Below the pieces are notes generated by a model that saw nothing but the letters and a program-made list of their open reading frames with translations, was not told the origin of the DNA and did no database searches. Source: Patescibacteria group bacterium (lineage in GTDB: Bacteria > Patescibacteriota > Patescibacteriia > Patescibacteriales > GWC2-42-12). Taken from it: a DNA stretch of 64,000 bases. This document shows positions 18,314 to 27,309 of the stretch, in pieces. Each line of letters starts with the position of its first letter. The first letter of the stretch is position 1. The DNA lies in contig JBAZRI010000003.1 in assembly GCA_041662965.1 (NCBI GenBank), positions 65,331 through 129,330 of the forward strand. The letters are read 5' to 3'. The translations under genes were made by a program, and so were the position numbers.

Positions 18314-19285
18314 TTAATTGCAACTGGCCGCCGCGCCGCCGGCCGCGGCCGCGGCCGCGCCAAAACCCGCGGCCGGAGCCGCGCTCGATACTTGCTGAGA
18401 ACATTCCGCCGGAGGAGTATTAAAGGCCGCGCAAATACCGGCTAAATAACTGGCCGAATCTCTGCCGGCGCTAGATTGAACGCCATTAATAACTAAGGTC
18501 GGGCTGCCGCCGATATTTTTAGATTGGGCGTTTGCTTCTTCTGCCGCGTATAAATTTACGCTGTCAGTTTTTATGCAAGCGTCTATCGTCGATTTATTGA
18601 TTCCGTATTTAGTATATAACACGTTTACTAATGGTTCTGAACATTGAGCGTCAGAGCCGCATGATCCGATTCCGGAATCAAGCGCAAAAGCCAAAACATA
18701 ATCTAATAATTTTGTAGGATATTTTTTCTCAATGCATAATTGTCTTTGAGCTTCAAGTTTTTCGTGCTCTCCATGCATCGCCCCAATCTGTCTTATTTTG
18801 AAATCAATTTTACTTCCTAATAATTTTACCGCGGGAATAATTCCTTTTTCAGATTGAGTCCCGTAAGGGCAATAAGTAAATACATATAATTCAACAGAAG
18901 GCTTATCGCTTTTTGGTACAACCGTAGGAGCGGCGGCTTGAGTATCGGCGGCCGGAGCGGCGGCTTGCTTCGCCTTTTCCTCGATGAAAGCCGCTATATC
19001 AATGCCTGATTGAAAAAATTTCCCCCCGTCTTTGGTCATGTACGAATTATATTTTTGGCCGCTGACATCCAATTCAATATTATAAACATCTCCTTCTAAA
19101 ACCGCGCTTTTAACCGTAGCCTTGGTATCGGCCGGCAGTAAATTTTCATTAATAAACTTTTCCGCCGCGGCCTTGGCTTCTTCCGGGTTAAGAGTTTTCT
19201 TAACATTTTTCGCCGTAGGAATGGCTAAAGAACAGCCGCTAACCAATAAAACCGACAACAAGCTTAATAGTATTAGTTTTTTCAT
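18314..19285 (-). CDS. Lipoprotein with thioredoxin/DsbA-like domain and Ala/Gly-rich C-terminal tail
   Basis: Signal peptide with lipobox LLVSGC, CPYG redox motif (YVFTYCPYGTQ), and the tail AAPAAGFGAAAAAAGGAAASCN. Confidence 0.65.
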   Translation of the reverse strand: MKKLILLSLLSVLLVSGCSLAIPTAKNVKKTLNPEEAKAAAEKFINENLLPADTKATVKSAVLEGDVYNIELDVSGQKYNSYMTKDGGKFFQSGIDIAAFIEEKAKQAAAPAADTQAAAPTVVPKSDKPSVELYVFTYCPYGTQSEKGIIPAVKLLGSKIDFKIRQIGAMHGEHEKLEAQRQLCIEKKYPTKLLDYVLAFALDSGIGSCGSDAQCSEPLVNVLYTKYGINKSTIDACIKTDSVNLYAAEEANAQSKNIGGSPTLVINGVQSSAGRDSASYLAGICAAFNTPPAECSQQVSSAAPAAGFGAAAAAAGGAAASCN

Positions 19286-19371
19286 GTTTTTGAGTTATAA
19301 ATTATTTATCTTAATAGAATAGCAAATAATGTATAAAGTATCAAGTATTATGGTTTCCGGGATACTTAATA

Positions 19372-21513
19372 CTATTTTGTTGGCAACTCAAAGCAAAACC
19401 TACTGCCCTTGCCTTCGCCGTCCGACTCGGCCCAGATCTTGCCGTGGTGCGCTTCAATCATCATGCGCGCCACGTACAGACCCAATCCTGTGCCTTCGGT
19501 ATGGATCAGCGACGTGCCGGTGCCGCGGGAAAATTTCTTAAACAGATTTACCATATCTTCCGGCCTAATGCCCATGCCCGAATCAGCCACGCAAAATTTT
19601 ATTTTATTTCCCGCCTGTTCAAGCTTAACCGTCACACTGCCCTGCTTAGTGTATTTTATGCCGTTATCAATCAAATTCATGACTACCTGCCTGATTTTTT
19701 CCTCGTCAATTTTTAAAAGCGGCAGAGGCTTAGCCGGCGGCTTGTATTGCAAAATCAAATTTTTCTTTTTGGCGTTGCCGGATAATTCCTCTACGACGCT
19801 CTCGGCCATCTTGTTTAAATCAACTTCCTGGAAATCAAACTGCAGGCGGCCGGATTCAATGCGGGAGATATTCAGCAGATTTTCCACCAGCTGAATTAAC
19901 CTTTCGTTGGATAAAAAAACTTTTTCTAAAGATTCGGTTTCCGGCTTGGTTAAGGCGCCGAAATTGCCTTCTAGCATCATGGAAATATAGCCTTTAATCA
20001 CGGTTAGCGGCGTGCGCAGTTGATGCGAAGCGATGGAAATAAATTCCGATTTGGCCGCGTCAAGCTTTTTTAGCTGGATGTTGGCTTTTCTTAAATCGCG
20101 CGTGGCTTTTTCCACTTCTTTTTCCATTTTAACGCTGAAATTTTTGGTTTCTTTGTATAGTAAGGCGTTTTCTAGGGCAATGGCGGTTTGCGCCCCGACC
20201 ACTTCTAAAACCTTTAAATCTTCTTCATTATACATATCGCCCGACTCTTTAGCGCCTAGAGCGATTAGGCCGATGGTTTTATCTTTAACGTTTAAGGGGG
20301 TTAATATCTCAACCCCTAATTTAAGCAGTATGCCTAAAGTTTTATTATTTTTAAATTGCGTTTTTATGTCATCGGTAATAATAGTTCGGTTTCTCTTTAT
20401 ATAAATTTCATTTAATTTTTTATCCTCATCAAATTCTTGCTGTCCGCCCGTGTTAAAGCCGTTATTGTAATTTATGATATATTTCTTGGTTTTCTCACTG
20501 TAAGTTAAAATGCCGATGGCTTTGGCATGGAAAGCGCTGGACAAGGTGTCAAAAATATAGCCGTAAATTTTTTCCGCCTCTAAAGTGGAGCGCAGTTTTT
20601 CCGATAGCGTGGCGATTACTTCACTGCTATCGTATAACGAAGAGAAAAAATATTTATTGGCCAGGCGGTAAAAACGGTGTCTGATGGACGGATAAACAGA
20701 AATTGACCCTATTAACATAAAAAGATTCGCCCAGTCGGAATATTGAGTAAAATATCTGTCAAAAAAATATTTTATGCCAACCGCGGCTAGCAGTATTGAA
20801 ATTAACGAAGATAAATAAACCGAGTAGCGCCGCATCACCAATTTAATATCCATGAGGCGATGAGCGATAATGGCGTAGGCGGTTAAAATAACGTACAATG
20901 ATACTAAAATATTTCCAATTGGTAAAATCGGTATATTATACCAAAGAAAAAAATTTGTTGAACCGCCTAAAAAACCTATGCCTGTCCCTAGAAGCAAAAA
21001 TTTAATTTGCAATCTTTTAGCCCCGATAGAATATTTATAATTAACTATAAACAAAACTACAGAATAAACAACGAAGCTAAAAAACATTAATAAAAATAAC
21101 CAATACAAACTACCCGCCACAGGCCAAAATTTAAAAGATAATTTTGAAGAAATCCTTTCGACTAATAAGTCGCTAGGTGATATAAAAGCTAAAAATACAA
21201 CAAATAAATATCCAACATATAACAAAATTCTATTATATAATATTTTATCTGCTTCTAAATAAAACAAAGTAAACCTTAAATAAAATAATGGAATAAAAAG
21301 TGAAAAAACTGTTAAAATTTTACACCATAATAATGCGCTTTGAGAATTGTCGGCAACCTGCCATAAAAAATAAGCGACGCTCCAAAAAGCTACGCTAAAA
21401 CAAAATAAAACAAAACTAATATTTATATTAGATTTCTTTTTGCGTAAAATAATTACGCCTAAAATTAAACTGGTTAAAGCATTTATTAATGCCGAAATAG
21501 CGTAAAAACTCAT
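19372..21513 (-). CDS. Sensor histidine kinase (multi-TM N-terminus, GAF-like region, HisKA, HATPase)
   Basis: H-box IASHQLRTPL and N/G boxes (DNGIKYT, DSGMGI, GTGLGL). I placed the start at MSFYAIS (21513) because the longer ORF runs through an upstream hairpin. Confidence 0.85.
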   Translation of the reverse strand: MSFYAISALINALTSLILGVIILRKKKSNINISFVLFCFSVAFWSVAYFLWQVADNSQSALLWCKILTVFSLFIPLFYLRFTLFYLEADKILYNRILLYVGYLFVVFLAFISPSDLLVERISSKLSFKFWPVAGSLYWLFLLMFFSFVVYSVVLFIVNYKYSIGAKRLQIKFLLLGTGIGFLGGSTNFFLWYNIPILPIGNILVSLYVILTAYAIIAHRLMDIKLVMRRYSVYLSSLISILLAAVGIKYFFDRYFTQYSDWANLFMLIGSISVYPSIRHRFYRLANKYFFSSLYDSSEVIATLSEKLRSTLEAEKIYGYIFDTLSSAFHAKAIGILTYSEKTKKYIINYNNGFNTGGQQEFDEDKKLNEIYIKRNRTIITDDIKTQFKNNKTLGILLKLGVEILTPLNVKDKTIGLIALGAKESGDMYNEEDLKVLEVVGAQTAIALENALLYKETKNFSVKMEKEVEKATRDLRKANIQLKKLDAAKSEFISIASHQLRTPLTVIKGYISMMLEGNFGALTKPETESLEKVFLSNERLIQLVENLLNISRIESGRLQFDFQEVDLNKMAESVVEELSGNAKKKNLILQYKPPAKPLPLLKIDEEKIRQVVMNLIDNGIKYTKQGSVTVKLEQAGNKIKFCVADSGMGIRPEDMVNLFKKFSRGTGTSLIHTEGTGLGLYVARMMIEAHHGKIWAESDGEGKGSRFCFELPTK

Positions 21514-21611
21514 AGTAATAAATAATATAATTATTATACCATATTTATTATTTTTAGATAAGAAAAGAGGGCGGAATTTTATCCGAAGATAATAATCCAC
21601 CCTCTGTAAGT

Positions 21612-22808
21612 CTACTCGATCACCGCAATGTTAAAAATACGATGCGGAGTCTGAATAACCCTAATTCCTCTTCCTTTATAAGCCTCGAAGAGAATATTCC
21701 TCCATTCTTTATCGGAGCGATATTTCATCTTCGGCCATTGAATTAGGATGTGCAAAAACGGTCGCTCAATAAAGTTATCAGCGATATTGGCCGTAATAAT
21801 TTTGGCATGGCCATTGATGCCGAAACTCGCGAGTAGAGCCTTAATACGTTTCGGGGTATAGTAGTAATCCCCTAAGCCAATGCATGTAATAATATTAAAG
21901 CGCTCTGATTGAACTCCGTTTTGGAAAAGAATATTTGATAGGTATTTTTCAGCTCGACTGGTAGAGACATTCGAACTAATAAATTTAAAACACTTTTCAT
22001 CGAGTTTAAATATCCCTATCAATTCACGAGCACGTTCACGAGCAAATAATGAATCAGGCTCAACCGATACTACGTGGTATTCAAATTTAGACCCATCGTC
22101 AATTGCTCGTCTGATTCCCATCATAGTGGCCTGAAGTTGACCCCCAGCGACCTCTAATATGGAAATCTTTCTCCCCGGATTTTTGGCAGCCAATCTGTTG
22201 ATGGTCCGTCGATATTCATCGGCTATAATTTCTAGCCGAGATCTGACGTCCTGGGCAATCGGCATACCGACCCAGAAAATTGACCACGTTTTAATTAGCT
22301 TGTTGACGATTCTAAAAGGCGTAATTTTATTTTCCCAGTCTTGGGAAAATTTAGCCGGCTTAATCCCAAAACGTTCGAAAGCGTTATAAATAACATCCAA
22401 CGAACGAGACAGGGCCGAGTATTGACGTATTTCTCTCAGCATCGGCGAACCGATAAAGAGAAATCCATCAAACCAAAAACTTGATGACCGGATGGTGTGA
22501 CGCGGATCTTTAATTCGCCTGATTTTAGCGATCGCGAGTCCTATTAAACCCTTAACGTATGGCCATAATAGAATTGCACTACCAATGAACAAAAGGCTGA
22601 TTAAAGAAAGGTTGGAAAAAAATAATCCAATAATCACTGTTGCCAATATCGGCCAACCGACATAAATCAAGCATTCTACCGTCTGATACCTGTTTTTATT
22701 TCCTGTCTCCAGAGGGTCATTAAAAACCTCCTGAATAATTATGGCCCCGTTTTTAATGTCAACGAAGCTCGCACTCTCTGTCTTCAAATTTTCGTTGACT
22801 AGCAACAT
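21612..22808 (-). CDS. Membrane-anchored protein with a C-terminal class I SAM-methyltransferase-like domain
   Basis: N-terminal TM helices, then ILEVAGGQ (motif I-like) and VVSVEPD (post-I acidic) motifs. GGAGGTG sits 6 nt before the ATG at 22808. Confidence 0.55.
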   Translation of the reverse strand: MLLVNENLKTESASFVDIKNGAIIIQEVFNDPLETGNKNRYQTVECLIYVGWPILATVIIGLFFSNLSLISLLFIGSAILLWPYVKGLIGLAIAKIRRIKDPRHTIRSSSFWFDGFLFIGSPMLREIRQYSALSRSLDVIYNAFERFGIKPAKFSQDWENKITPFRIVNKLIKTWSIFWVGMPIAQDVRSRLEIIADEYRRTINRLAAKNPGRKISILEVAGGQLQATMMGIRRAIDDGSKFEYHVVSVEPDSLFARERARELIGIFKLDEKCFKFISSNVSTSRAEKYLSNILFQNGVQSERFNIITCIGLGDYYYTPKRIKALLASFGINGHAKIITANIADNFIERPFLHILIQWPKMKYRSDKEWRNILFEAYKGRGIRVIQTPHRIFNIAVIE

Positions 22809-22823
22809 GCAATTCACCTCCCT

Positions 22824-23120
22824 TTAATTAATCGGCCCCTCGCGGAAGAACTTCCGCGGACCTTTAATAAAACCATAAAGCTGGCAGCCGACAAGAACGC
22901 CTAAGCTGCGCAAAAACATCAGCGGATACCGTAAAAAGTTTTTGATTATTGTAATTTCCTCTTCCCAAATATCTGCTAACTCTTCAGCTATCTTTAGAAT
23001 TAAAACGCTTACATAATAGCAGACGATAATTACCAACTCCGCCATCCAGATAATAAAAAGAATTCTCATTACCCACGAAGTCAAAATATAATCTACTAGG
23101 CCTATCAAGTTTTCCCACAT
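22824..23120 (-). CDS. Small membrane protein (98 aa)
   Basis: GGAGG-N7-ATG at 23120 and two hydrophobic helices. The longer 172-aa ORF has no RBS and a Cys-rich junk N-terminus. Confidence 0.55.
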   Translation of the reverse strand: MWENLIGLVDYILTSWVMRILFIIWMAELVIIVCYYVSVLILKIAEELADIWEEEITIIKNFLRYPLMFLRSLGVLVGCQLYGFIKGPRKFFREGPIN

Positions 23121-23182
23121 GTTTCTACCTCCATTTTTTTCAGAATTTTTCCACCGCCGAAAAGGAGGTGGTTTATTTTTTA

Positions 23183-23365
23183 TTAACTTCTGCATCTGCC
23201 AACCGGTAAATTCGGTGTGCCGATATATCTTTCCGCTATTTTTTCCTTTATTAGCTTCGGCAACTTTACAAACAGCCACAAAGCACCGCTTGCTACTGCT
23301 AAAAATAACAGCCCTAGCCAGACTACAACAACAATAAACCAATAAATTGGATTGCTCTTTTTCAT
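23183..23365 (-). CDS. Small membrane protein (60 aa)
   Basis: GAGGAG RBS before the ATG at 23365 and a hydrophobic core (IYWFIVVVVWLGLLFLAVASGALWLF). Confidence 0.5.
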   Translation of the reverse strand: MKKSNPIYWFIVVVVWLGLLFLAVASGALWLFVKLPKLIKEKIAERYIGTPNLPVGRCRS

Positions 23366-23776
23366 TTTATTCTCCTCTTTTCTTTTTGAAGTTTGTTTAT
23401 TTATATTTTCACCCTAAGGTGTTTTAACGAGCTTTTTGTTATTACCGACAGCTTAGTTAAAAACTGCCTAGCAAATAACAACTTTTATCTTGATTTTACC
23501 AATATTTAATTAAAATCAAATTAAAAAGTGTTATCCTAAATAACACTTTTATAATAAGCAAAAAATAAGATTTTGTCAATAGTTTATCAAAGGTTGGCTA
23601 ATTTTAGGTAAATTATAATAATTTTACCCTAGCTATGCTATTTTAAATTTATCCACTCCTCTGGCGATGGCAGGCGTAATAAATAAAATTGTTATATTAA
23701 TTAAACTTTTGATATAATATTGATATATTTGCTTCGCGTTATTCGGTATCATAAGAATAATAATAAATATAATTTA

Positions 23777-24985
23777 ATGGTATTATCAAAGAGAAGAGTA
23801 ATATTTGAATTTTGGCCTTTTTTTATTTATAAGTTTTTAAAAGGCGCCTGCTTTATCACTAGCATAACTTTCTTTTTGTATTTCAGGGAAAAAGGAATTG
23901 ATTTCTTTAAAGCTTCTTTCTTGCTTTCAATCCTTTTTTTATTGCCGATTTTTTTTGAAATAATCACCGGGGCAATCGCCGACACATTCGGCCGTAAATT
24001 TTCAGTGCTAACCGGCATCGCCGGGGAAATATTGATTCTTTTAGCAATTATTTATACCGCTAATTACTTCTTGCTTATTGGTTTTTTTGTTCTCTGGGGA
24101 ATCATCACAACTTTCACAACCGGCGCCGACGACGCCTGGGCGATTGAGCTCGCACCAGACGAGTTAAAGGAAGAATATCTTGATAACTTCTACCCGCTAT
24201 CATCAAGTTTCTATAGCGTTGGTATGATCGTTGCCGGTCTTTTATCGGGCTGGCTCTTGTTTTTTTCTAACAATCAGGCCGTTTGGGTTGCCCGCCTGAT
24301 TATTATAATAATCACCTTGCTTGTTTTGTCTTTTACAAAAGAAAATTTTAAAAAAGAAAAGGATGGCAGCTCAAAATTTTTTCAACTCAAAGCGAGCCTT
24401 AAAAAGGGATATGAATTTTTTATCATCAACGCAAACACTAAAAATATTATTTTGGGAGAATTTTTCGCTACAATTGCCTTGGTTGGAATCGGCAGTGTGG
24501 CAATGCAAAAATATCTTTTGGATTCAGGCCTAAAAGAAAGCAACTGGGGCTTGGTTTATTCATTGTCGGCTATCGCGGGTATTTTTATACCTTTATTGGC
24601 TATCGGAATGACAAAAAAGTTTTCAAATCAAAAAATTTATCTTATTATCGTTTATGCTTCCCAAATTATTTTATATCTTTCCGCCAGTCTTTTGCTTAAT
24701 CCCCTGTTTGCCGTTTTATTAATTTTTCTTCATAACAGCCTGGAAGATGCCTTCAACCCGGTTAACTCGGCCTTTTTTCAAAAAGAGATCCCATCGAAAA
24801 TCAGAGCCACCCTCGGCTCTCTCCGGGCCGCCTCGCTTGGCCTAGCCGCCTTTAGCGGCACAATTCTTGGCGGTTTTTTAACAAATTATAGCAGCGGTCA
24901 AGCGTCAATCTTCGGCCTTGCCCTGCTGATTATTCCAGCAATCATTTTCTATGCTAAAATTAAAACACCTGCCTTACAAAATTAA
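23777..24985 (+). CDS. MFS transporter
   Basis: About 12 predicted TM segments and the MFS loop motif (GAIADTFGRK). ATG at 23777 is preferred over the TTG at 23720; TATAAT lies at 23713-23718. Confidence 0.8.
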   Translation: MVLSKRRVIFEFWPFFIYKFLKGACFITSITFFLYFREKGIDFFKASFLLSILFLLPIFFEIITGAIADTFGRKFSVLTGIAGEILILLAIIYTANYFLLIGFFVLWGIITTFTTGADDAWAIELAPDELKEEYLDNFYPLSSSFYSVGMIVAGLLSGWLLFFSNNQAVWVARLIIIIITLLVLSFTKENFKKEKDGSSKFFQLKASLKKGYEFFIINANTKNIILGEFFATIALVGIGSVAMQKYLLDSGLKESNWGLVYSLSAIAGIFIPLLAIGMTKKFSNQKIYLIIVYASQIILYLSASLLLNPLFAVLLIFLHNSLEDAFNPVNSAFFQKEIPSKIRATLGSLRAASLGLAAFSGTILGGFLTNYSSGQASIFGLALLIIPAIIFYAKIKTPALQN

Positions 24986-25043
24986 TAAAAAATTTGAATA
25001 GATATTTGGCTAATTTTAGATATATAATTGCAATTTTATGTTT

Positions 25044-26447
25044 TTATATCATTAATAAAATTAAATAGTATGGAATAAAATACAAAACCTGGCCGTTCAC
25101 TTCTTTTCTATCCATTTCACTTTTTGTTACAACCACTCCGTATCCCAGCTTTTTCGCCTTTATATAATCTGCCAAAACCGAAAGTTCTTTAGAGCTGATA
25201 TTGTTTGAAAATTTAACTTCAACCGGCAAGTATTTATTATTAATATTAATTATAAAATCTATTTCCTTTTCTCCTTGCCGCCAAAAACTCAAGCTATCTA
25301 TTAATTTATTAGTTTTATATTTTAATTCAAACACGTTATAAACCACATTCTCAATAATTTTTCCAAAAGCCTGCGGAACTTCATCGACGTGATCCGCCCT
25401 GAAATGATTAAGAGCGCAGGTAAAGTTAATGCAGGGAGTATATAATTTTTTTAAAATTCTGCCTTGCTTAATCGGACTTTTGTGATATTTATAAAGTACT
25501 TCCACGACATAACTGTCTTTCAAATATTCCAAATATTTATTTAAAGTTATAAAAGACACTCCGGCCTCTTGGCCGATATTCTTTAGCTCGAAAATTGAGC
25601 CGGCATTATTGATTAATTGGCGCGTAATCAATTTGAATTGGTCGATTTTTTCAATATTAAAAATACGAATGCAGTCCTCCAATACTTTGCCTATCACCGA
25701 TTCGACGATATATTCGTGCTTTCTTTCCGGACTGGCAATTTGCCTGGTTTCGGGAAATTGGCCGACAGTTATATATTCTCTGCTCAAATCGGCAATTTCC
25801 TTGCCGTGGTGGGTGTTATAAATGCTTAATTTTCCGAACTGTTTCGGCAATTCAAACAAATCAAATTTTTCCGCTAAATTAGCTCTACCATAATTAATTT
25901 TTGCGAACTCCCTGAATGACATCGGCGGTAGATAAAAATCAAAAATTCTGCCAGCCAGACTTTCCCGATACTTGCCCCTTAATAAAACGCTTTGCGAGCC
26001 GGTAACAATAAACTTAATTTTTTTACCGGACAAATCATAGTATTTTTTCAAAACTGATTGCCAATCTTCAATATATTGAATCTCGTCCAATAAAATATAG
26101 ACCAGTTCATCTAAGGCGAGGCTCGGCCTAGCTATAATATCTCTAAAATAAACAGACAGAACCTCATCAAGAAATTCCGCCTTTTGTATTTGACTGGCAT
26201 AATCAAATAAAAAATAAAAAATATTTTTTGGTTGAACTTTTTCTTCTATCAGCCGGCCGATTAATTGCTTAACAATCGTACTCTTGCCAACGCGCCGCAA
26301 GCCAACGATATTAAGCATTAAAGGGTGCCCCAAATTGTTAATTATAACCTCATAGAGATCTCTTTTCTCCCATTTTGCCTCTTCCGCTTTATACTGATTA
26401 TTTTCCCACCAGCCATTTTTCAAGGCTAAATCTTGGCTTGTTATCAT
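25044..26447 (-). CDS. AAA+ ATPase of the AAA_14/DUF4143 type
   Basis: 467 aa with Walker A GLRRVGKST and Walker B LLDEIQ, plus a C-terminal region resembling the restriction-endonuclease-like DUF4143. Confidence 0.7.
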   Translation of the reverse strand: MITSQDLALKNGWWENNQYKAEEAKWEKRDLYEVIINNLGHPLMLNIVGLRRVGKSTIVKQLIGRLIEEKVQPKNIFYFLFDYASQIQKAEFLDEVLSVYFRDIIARPSLALDELVYILLDEIQYIEDWQSVLKKYYDLSGKKIKFIVTGSQSVLLRGKYRESLAGRIFDFYLPPMSFREFAKINYGRANLAEKFDLFELPKQFGKLSIYNTHHGKEIADLSREYITVGQFPETRQIASPERKHEYIVESVIGKVLEDCIRIFNIEKIDQFKLITRQLINNAGSIFELKNIGQEAGVSFITLNKYLEYLKDSYVVEVLYKYHKSPIKQGRILKKLYTPCINFTCALNHFRADHVDEVPQAFGKIIENVVYNVFELKYKTNKLIDSLSFWRQGEKEIDFIININNKYLPVEVKFSNNISSKELSVLADYIKAKKLGYGVVVTKSEMDRKEVNGQVLYFIPYYLILLMI

Positions 26448-26579
26448 ATATTTATAATTAAAGCGTTATATAACTAAATTACAATTTAACTATACTATAC
26501 ATAAGCTATAATGTCAAGAACTGGCTAATTTTAGTAATTTTATTGCAATTTTATACTTAATATGCTATTTTATTAATAT

Positions 26580-27284
26580 ATGGTAAATAAAATAACCAGC
26601 AATAAATCATATAAACAACTGGCTGAATATTACGATGAGCTTACCAATTTAAGGGTGTTTACCGTTTATAAATCTATTATCGGTAAAACTAAAGGTTCGC
26701 GTATGCTTGATCTGGGCTGTGGCACCGGGAATTTGCTTAAATATTATTCTTCAAAAAATGAAACATACGGCATTGACGGTTCGCCGGAGATGATTAAAAT
26801 CGCCGAAGCGAAAGATAAAAATACTTATTATTCCGTCGGCGATATAAGGAATTTTAAAAACAATAAAAAATTTGATCTTATTACCTGCACATTTGATGTA
26901 ATTAACCATCTGCCGACTTTAAAAGATTGGGAGCGACTATTTAAAATGGCGGCTGCCTGTCTTAGCGCTGGCGGCATATTTATTTTTGATTTTAATACGA
27001 TTGAAGGCTTTAAAAATTATGGCGGACGGACAATTTTTAAAAAAATCGGCCGAGATTACATTCTTATGCGGGTAAAAGCCGAGGGGCAAATTTGCTTTTG
27101 GATAATTGACGGCTTTATAAAAAAATCATCGGGATTATTTAAGCATAAAAAATTTATTATTGAGGAACGCTCTTATCCGAATAAATTGATTATAAAAAAA
27201 GTAAAAAAATATTTCTCTATCATAAAAATTATAAATCTGGACAACAACCGGATATATATTAAGGCAAAAAAGAGAGTGGCTTAA
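26580..27284 (+). CDS. Class I SAM-dependent methyltransferase
   Basis: Motif I LDLGCGTGN. 234 aa. Confidence 0.8.
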   Translation: MVNKITSNKSYKQLAEYYDELTNLRVFTVYKSIIGKTKGSRMLDLGCGTGNLLKYYSSKNETYGIDGSPEMIKIAEAKDKNTYYSVGDIRNFKNNKKFDLITCTFDVINHLPTLKDWERLFKMAAACLSAGGIFIFDFNTIEGFKNYGGRTIFKKIGRDYILMRVKAEGQICFWIIDGFIKKSSGLFKHKKFIIEERSYPNKLIIKKVKKYFSIIKIINLDNNRIYIKAKKRVA

Positions 27285-27299
27285 CGGTTAAGCCACTCT
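27273..27299. terminator. Bidirectional hairpin between the convergent methyltransferase and radical-SAM genes
   Basis: Perfect 13-bp stem AGAGTGGCTTAAC-G-GTTAAGCCACTCT overlapping the methyltransferase stop. Confidence 0.6.
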
Positions 27300-27309
27300 T
27301 AAATTTCAA

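Noticed and set aside
23595-23607. Reading TGGCTAATTTTAG...TTGCA as a sigma-54 (-24 GG / -12 GC) promoter.
   Set aside because: The distance between the GG and the TTGC is about 20 nt rather than the fixed 10 nt of sigma-54 promoters.
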